DNA of 41,613 nucleotides from Trypethelium eluteriae (Eukaryota): NCBI GenBank assembly GCA_051942245.1, contig JAVECL010000158.1, positions 1 to 41,613 of the forward strand, read 5' to 3'. Shown piece by piece: positions 34,095 to 41,613 of this stretch (position 1 is its first letter; each line of letters starts with the position of its first letter). The notes under the pieces were generated by a model. It saw only the letters and a program-made list of their open reading frames with translations, ran no database searches and was not told where the DNA came from. The position numbers and the translations under genes were made by a program.

Positions 34095-36498
34095 ATGAGC
34101 GACGAAAAGAGTGAAGTGGGATCGTATGTAATCACTAAGGACGGAGCAGTAGCTTCAATAAGTAAGACAGACGAAGCGCTAAGGGCTGATATGTGATAAG
34201 TTCATTTCCTTGAAGCTTTGACCGCAAACTCCCCCCGCGAGGAGTGAAGAAGTTTCTCCAACGACGACCTCGCTGGACGTTCTATTGTATTCCTTGTCCT
34301 GTAGTGCTGGGCCTCTTGTATAGGGATGGAAAGGCATGGCAGTGTAGCCGACGAGGCGCATCTTGCGTCTCTCGGTGTTACGGGCGAGCTTAAGCGCCAC
34401 TTCTCACCCTTGTCTATGCTGGGGTTAGCTTTTGCAATTCTGAACTCTTGGACTGCTTTAAGTGCCAGTCTATCCCTTGCTTTGCCCAGTGGTGGACCTA
34501 CGTCGGTGATATGGGGCCTCATTACCGCTGGTATCTGCAATCTATGCTTGGCCGCTTCCCTCGCTGAGTACAAACCCCATGACGGAAAGGATGCAATAGG
34601 CATTGGCTGATCGAGTAATCCCCCTAGGTTTCTGAGTGCATATCCTACAGGTAATACAATGTTTTCTTTGCAATGCTCAGCTTTCACGGATCAATCGGAC
34701 TGACGAAAAGTCCGTTCACTTTCCTGCTTTCTTATAGCGCCATCCTGAGCACAACATACTCATAGCCCCCTGTTCGAGAAGTACATTCTGTCTCACTTGA
34801 GAGCCGGACCACCTCCCTGTAATTGGGCTTCCTACATGGGGAGAAAATGGCTTTTACTACCCGTCTGAGCTACATGAACCGTAACTTGACCTATGCAGTC
34901 AGCCCTAATTGACATCTTACAGCAAGCGGACAATACTACTGGGCTGCTATTATCAGCCCGGCGAGATGGCGGCCAATCGTGTCTTGGGTAACTGGCTGGA
35001 TCAATGTCAGCGGATGGATTGTAAAGCGAGCCCATTCACTACCTTTGGGGAACGTACTGATTGTGTGTAGGCGCTCGTCGCTTCAGCAGGCCTACTTGCA
35101 AGCCAGCTCATTGTCTACATAATCGCCCTTGAGAATCCAAATTACGAGCCAAAGCCGTGGCACCAGTTCTTAATCTACATTGGGTAAGCTCTTTCGTCTC
35201 TTACTCCTAAGATCCCCTGGTATACTGACGAAATCGGAAGATACAACATTTTTGCCTTTCTCCTGAACGCATTTGGGAACTCTATCCTACCATACGTGAA
35301 TAAGGTAGCCATCACCTGGTCGATTGCCGGCTTCGTGATCATCTCCATCACAGTTCTCGCCTGCTCCTCACCTCATTACGCCTCCGGAGACTTTGTCTTC
35401 CGTGACTTCATCAACAAGACGGGTTGGCCAGACGGCATTGCCTGGCTTCTCGGACTCCTTCAAGGCGGTCTGGGCCTGACAGGCTACGACGCTGTAGTAG
35501 GTCTCTCTTTTTGACCTCCTCTACTCACCAATTAACCCCACGCGATAGGCGCACATGATCGAAGAGATCCCCAACGCCTCCATCGAAGGCCCCAAAATCA
35601 TGATCTACTGCGTGGGCATCGGCACCTTCACCGGCTTCATCTTCCTCACCGTCCTCCTCCTCGTCCCCGGCAACGTCGATGACACCATTTCATCCCCCGC
35701 CGGGCCCCTCGGCCAGATCCTGCAGAACGCGACGAACAGCCACGCGGGGACCATCTGTCTGCAGATCTTCCCGCTCGTGTGTCTGCTGTTCGCCGCAACC
35801 TCCATCATGACGACAAGTAGTCGCATGACGTACGCGTTTGCCCGGGATCGAGGCTTACCGTTTTCGCGCTTCTTCATGCGAATCCATAAGAGGCTTGACG
35901 TGCCGTTGAATGCGCTGTACTTGACGACCGCGTTGGTGGTAATTTTTGGGTGCATCTTTTTAGGATCGACCGCTGCATTTAATGCGATTATTTCGGCGTC
36001 AGTGGTCGCGTTGGGAGTGTCGTACGCTATTCCGATCTCTATCAATGTGGTTCAGGGGCGTCGCAAACTTCCGGAACGATCCTTCAGATTGCCGGAATGG
36101 TTTGCGTGGTTTGCTAATCTTGTGAGGCAAACGTCCTCAATACTTGAATGGTGTGCTGACGTGGATTCAGTTGGGCATTGCATACGTTATCGTGACTACC
36201 GTACTTTTCCTGTTTCCTCCTGACCTTCCCGTGGATGCCTCTAGCATGAATTATTGTGAGTCAGTCGGTTTCCAACGATGATCTCGAGCTAATCTCGAAA
36301 TTAGGCGTCGTTGCCTTTGGGATTGTGCTCATTATTGCGACGATTCAATGGTTTGTGGACGGGCGTAAAAACTTTTCCGGCCCTGTATCGGAAGAAGTTT
36401 TGGAAGCAGCACGAAGTGTTGAGCCTGGCGACACAGCTGTCAATGGGCATATCGTTGCCGATGAGAAAGGTCCTGAAGAGGGGGAGTTGACGAAATAG
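34095..36498 (+). CDS. APC-superfamily amino acid permease (GABA/choline/polyamine-type), multi-exon; start at 34095 or 34326
   Basis: ELKRHFSPLSMLGLAF, SGGPTSVIWG, SLAE|FLSAYPT|ASGQYYW, TGYDAV|AHMIEEIPN and SSRMTYAFARDRGLPFS; stop TAG at 36498. Confidence 0.93.
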
Positions 36499-37120
36499 AC
36501 CTGGCCGTAGATTCGATTAATGAATGAACATTTTGAAGACGTCTCCAGGATCGCGAAGATCCAGTCGAGCATGCTGCATTCGGCTTTCATGTACCAATTA
36601 GACGTCAAAAAGTTTGATGGCGGCTCTACTAAGTCGAACACCAAGCGGCGGCGAGCTATCTGGCTATAGTACGTGAATCGTGAGTCTCATTTGCAGGTTC
36701 TATACGAGTTGTCGGACATGACAAAGCATGGTAAATACAGGACATCGATGTGCGGTTAGATACATAAAAGATCCTGGGTATATCCGAAGCTACAGAACGC
36801 CACGAGAAATATCCAGAGAATTCTCAATACATGCAAAGGGCATACGCAGGGCATACACGCGTTAGCATTAGGAGGGCTCCGGAGGTAGGAACTTGATGAG
36901 TTCTAATCGAGAAGATGCCAGAAGCTTAAGCTCATCCGCGCCGTTACACCAGCGTTACCAGAACGTAGGCGCTGGATTAGTCTGTTGACTCGTGGCTTTC
37001 ATGATTTTTATGTTCCTAGTCGAACAGTGGCGAGGCCAGTGACTCGCCGATCGAGCAGTAGAGCGCATCATCAGAATGTGTTGGTACATATTTCGGAGAA
37101 AACACCGTATCATCACCCAG

Positions 37121-39016
37121 CTATGCTCGAATGAATATGGCTGGAGTTGCATCCTTGTCGTCTTCCTCAAGGTCTTGGATCCTGTCATCCGGAGGAGATA
37201 CATATGCAGGTGCAGTCAGCTCCGTGGTCATCGAGTAGCCCAGCAGGCCATCCGTTCTGGAAATTAGTGGTCGGAGATATCGAGATTCTTTCCCGCGTAT
37301 GCGCGAGAGCTGCTGTAAGATGTTGGATAGATACTGGCGTCCCTGCAGAAAGGTACTTGAAAAGTCACCAGCGGTACATTTGAGTACGTCAGCAAGACAG
37401 CTCGCAACATCTGTGAGCTTTTGCTCCTAAGAAGAGATGAGCATATAGATTTTATGACAAAGGCTGTGTAGCGCTCACCATTCCAATACCGTGCGAATCG
37501 AGAACCTCCCTTCGTGCTCCTGTAGTGATTGAGACTACCTCCTTTGCCAAGTTTATTGGGTACTCCAGACTCATCTCAGGATCTTGCGGTCGCCATACCA
37601 GACCGTTGCTGACACCCATCTGCCACGCAAGAACATGAAGCCATTGCCGAGAGATGTCGATATCCAGTTGCTGGGTTTCAGATATATCTCCGCGTGCTGT
37701 GACACCAGCCGTAGCATCTATTTTGCGTTGAGTCTCCGTTAGCCAATCCGAAGAGCAGATTGAAGCTCTCCGTGTTCCTAGCCAGACGTTGAGAAAGTCA
37801 TCTGTCACAGTGCTGAAAAGTGTCACAAGCGAGACGAAGCCAGAGACAAGGTGTGCTTCCTCCGGGGGATAGACGAGTGGAAGACGGATTGATGGCTGCA
37901 ATCTCGTTCGTCTGCGTCGTTGGATGGCATAGGCTCTAAGACATTCTTAGCTCGGGTCTAGGCAAAGATTTGCATCATATACTTTTCCGTAACAAACAGA
38001 AGCCAGAAGAGCCTTCTTCGCCACTGAGACTGCACAGTTTCCAAAGCAGCCACCTTTGCTTCATTGTCTAGCTCAATAACTTGTGCGAATGAAAGAGCCT
38101 CCTGAAGGTAATACCACGCTTTTTCGGATTTTTCGAGGTTCCCGTAATAACAGAAGAGAAAGAACGATGTCATTACTGTCAGCTCGGTAGGATTTTCCAC
38201 GTATTCGACATTTCGCCGTTCTCGAAGACATTCCTTCGCAAAGACTTCAGCAGCAGCCTCGGAGTTGCCTGGGTTTCCGTTGACAAGGGGGACTTGCGGC
38301 GCAGCTTCCAGTTGGACAATGGTCATTGCTGAAAGTGCACAAAGCAGGAGATATTGTTCTGCAGGAAGTGCCGAATGAGAAGAAAGTATGCCCGACTCTA
38401 TGTAGTATTCCCGATCCAAGACCGGCATGATCGGGTACATGTGCTCGAAGAACAGTCTGACATACGGAATGAAAGATTCGGTGGGGAGACGGACACCGGG
38501 GAAACCACCGAGACCAAAGGATGCCTTTTCAGGTGTCGTAGGATTGGATGTTATCCCTGATAGCCCAAATGATCCAAACTGTGGATATTGTGGGGAGGCT
38601 AAAGGAGTTGAAGTTGTAAGCATCGCGTCCACAGGTGGATAAGCTGCTGCACCCCCCAGTGAGAATAAAGCCACATCGGGCGAAACAATCTCATCTCCTT
38701 CTGCTATCATAGTAGGAGACGAGTCTCCTGAGCCCCAATTCCATTCATGAATTCCGTCAAAGCTACCCGTGGGACTCGATAACGATTCGTCAATCTCCCT
38801 CAGAGCATGAAGCACCCTTGCGCTCCGTAGACCCTTGGGGCCTTTCTTCTTGGGGGCCTGGAGGTAGGCACATCGAAGTGCAGTTTTTCGACATGGTCCG
38901 CATGGATCGAGACCATCACAGCGTACCTTTCGTTTCCGACAGCAATCACATGCACGACGAACACCTTTCGGTGTACGCTCTGGTGGAGAGGGTGCAGAAT
39001 TTGGCGGAGAGGGCAT
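37121..39016 (-). CDS. Zn(II)2Cys6 transcription factor, AmyR/InuR/MalR-like
   Basis: RACDCCRKRKVRCDGLDPCGPCRKTALRCAY..KKKGPKG; RRRLFWLLFVTE|RAYA; LDSHGIGM|EQKL; the last exon ends at TAG 37121-37123. The subfamily call is by motif resemblance. Confidence 0.9.
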
Positions 39017-40485
39017 TGTCGTTTTCTTCTTGACCTCCCGTTTTTTTCGTCTGGGTCGAATTAACAGTTGAATGCTTGAGATCACTCGGACTGGATGTGG
39101 CGAGATTCTCTCAGATCCTTGTCCACATAGATATCATCCTCCCAACGAATCCATTTGATCCTGGGCGTCACAATCCTGGCCTGAGGGTTTCTTTCCCTCG
39201 AATGTTCAGACAAAGTGCAGCGGTTTCTCTTTACGGTCTTCGGAGAAAGCGGCGGGAGCCCAACGTCTCATGGGTTCCGTCGCGGAAGGGCTGTCTGATT
39301 CTGCAAGCACGAGCCTTGTTGGGCATCTGGTTTGCAAATCAAGCTGGGCTGGCTAGAGGCTTTTAGATCATAGCGGCGACGCCATCGCGGGGAACCATGC
39401 AGGAGATCTCAGCTGGCCCGGCCTACGTAAAGACAAGATGGTGAGATCGTGTGCTTGATTCGGCCATTCTGCTCAAGCTCTCGTGGCTTTGCAGCCTTGC
39501 TGCTAGAGGGCGTCAGCATAGCGGTTGTTCAACTGTTCCACAGGAGCCTGTTCATTTTGAGTCGCACGACTAGAGTAGTGGGGTTGGGAACCTCCAACGG
39601 TCATGTACCTGCAGAATGGAAGGAGATTGTGGAACTCTTCACCATCAAATTCCTTCTCGCTAATTATATCCGTCAAACCTTGAATTCCGATTAGTCACAT
39701 AAATATGCTCATAAGGGGTTAGATGCGTAAATTAGCTCAGAATGACACCTCCATCAAAGGGTCCGGTAAAGGCAGATGTCCGAACCCACTACAGAGTAGA
39801 GTACGTGAGTACTTAAGCCGCGACCATTAGGGGCGACCTCTTATTGGGATTTAGCAGTACCAGCTTGATTAAAGACTTCTCAAATGTGATGAGCTTGAAA
39901 AACGAGAGGCAATCGTAGCTAAGGTATATCTGAGGCATTTAACTTTGAAGCCTATCACTGTCTCTAGGCTTTTGTGACCTTCGAAAGATGTTTGCATGAC
40001 ATCATCTGGTCCTTGTTGCGAACGGTCTAAAAGAAAATGGTGCGAAGAATATGATACTGCCAAGTGGTGGCTGGTATCTGAAGAGTTCTCTCACCATTCT
40101 TCTTCTTGTCTAGTCATCTGCACACTTCGAGCTTCACGTTCTCGCAGATGAGATGATGAAGTAGTTCCTGGATGCAGACAGGTTGAGTGAGCCTGAACAT
40201 AGAATATCGTAGTCGTCATGTTGGAGATGTTGCAAGGCTTAGCGAGGTCTTTGCAGTGCCAGGTGGAGAATCAAAAAAGGAATGACTGGGGATTTGAAAG
40301 GCTAATTGCAAGCAACTCCAGCGAAGTATATCCGGATCAGATTGCTGTGAGCCTGCACCTCAACACTACATTTGTATACTGCGGATTATGACAGCACTGG
40401 CAATTACCACGGCACCTACCCAAAAGCACACGGAATGCTCATACGTACGCTAGACAAAATACCCAATCCCACCTCATTTCATATA

Positions 40486-41613
40486 TTACCCGGCGCCTGA
40501 CCCACTCCCCGCACTCGCCGGCCCTCTGTCCTTTTCCTTCTCAATATCTACCGCGGAGCTGACCTCCACAAAGTCTTCCAGCTCCTCACTCACAGTCTTC
40601 AGCTTCTCCTTGACGCTCGCTACGCCTTCAAACCCGACAATATGCCGTGCCGGAGGGTTATCGTGTCCACCAATCGCCGCCAGCGCGTGTACTGTCTCCG
40701 AAACTAGTCCTTGCATCATCTGCTGAGTCAGTGGTGCCCGTAGTGTACGCACTTCCGGCGAAGACAGCTGATCACCCATCGTCGGTTCAGGCGTACCCTC
40801 GAGCTTGTCTAAGAGCGAGGATATGATTTCGCGAGAAAGTGGAGCAGGGTTGGCGTCTGGAGTATAAGCCAAGTGAGGTGGGGCGGAGTGGATGGGAGAG
40901 GTAAGGATGGGGATTTCCATGGTGGGTTGGATGATCGTCATTTTGATGTTGAACGGAGCGATCTCGTAGGCAAGGCTGTCGCAGTAGCCTTCAATCGCCC
41001 ATTGGGAGGCGCAGTACATGCCAAGACCTGGTGTACCCAGATGACCTGCTGTAGAATGTTGTTAGTGTGCAGTTGATTGGAACGACAAGAAGTGGCTGTA
41101 CTGATGGCTGTAAGAAGCAATATGTGGCCTTGCTTCCGTGCTCTGAATGTGGGTAGCACGGCCTTGATGATATTGACTGGTCCGAAGAAGTTGGTCTCGA
41201 ACTGATCGCGTACGAGGCCTTGAGTTCGGGGACTCTGGGACAGCTCTTCGATCGAACCAACAACGGCTGGAGTGTTGTAAGTAAAGATAAGTCTGATCGT
41301 ACCGGAGAATTGTACCTGTCAACATACCTTCAGTCGTACAACAGAACAATATGTCTATTCTGCCAAAGACCTCGACAGCCTCTGCAACAGCAGCTTGACA
41401 CTGTCCCATATTCCTGCCACAAAGTTCAGCATTAGCCAACCCACTCTCATATTCCCTACGATCCCTTCTCGCCTGGCAACACCCATCCTCTTACGCAAAA
41501 ACCGCAACCAAAGAGAAGAAAAACCCACCCTACCTAACATCCAACCCAACAACCCTCCACCGTCCCTTCCAATCTCCTCTCCTCCCCACCTCCTCCATAA
41601 ACCTCATCAACTC
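40486..41613 (-). CDS. Short-chain dehydrogenase/reductase, 5'-partial, multi-exon
   Basis: RVVGLDVR|NMGQCQAAVAEAVEVFGRIDILF, QFETNFFGPVNIIKAVLP and YCASQWAIEGYCDSLAYEIAPFNIK; the gene runs off the window end. Confidence 0.9.

Noticed and set aside
34697..34922. TPP riboswitch, hammerhead (CTGACGA) or H/ACA snoRNA in the permease intron
   Set aside because: The TPP core is absent, no GAAA follows a hammerhead stem II, and the putative ACA box sits at the branch/acceptor region; an Rfam scan would settle it.
37016..37123. 34 open codons after the TAG of the AmyR-like TF
   Set aside because: The context TAG CTG is not a strong readthrough motif and the extension length is within chance.

Overview
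Intron-rich filamentous ascomycete (Pezizomycotina-like) genomic DNA; I recognised no rRNA, tRNA or CRISPR. Conserved genes: an aquaglyceroporin, NCL1/TRM4 tRNA m5C methyltransferase, HIS5, BIR1 (survivin-like), TAM41, a type-B carboxylesterase, an APC amino-acid/GABA/choline-type permease, two Zn2Cys6 transcription factors and a partial SDR. Two accessory-looking blocks sit between them. Block 1 (about 6.5-16.3 kb) holds a probably secreted protein with a CNF1-like LxGC...H dyad, a spliced gene disrupted by a 185-bp hairpin MITE-like element whose removal restores the reading frame, a Zn2Cys6 TF, and a 10-Cys secreted peptide gene absent from the ORF track. Block 2 (about 23.3-30.8 kb) holds a Cys-rich/Ser-Thr/TM protein with a TAG in a leaky readthrough context, a HeLo-like/ankyrin gene with a nonsense codon, and an orphan gene. 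The permease has a long intron with a second acceptor that would end the protein in Pro-Ser-stop. All exon models and family calls were read by eye with no database search.
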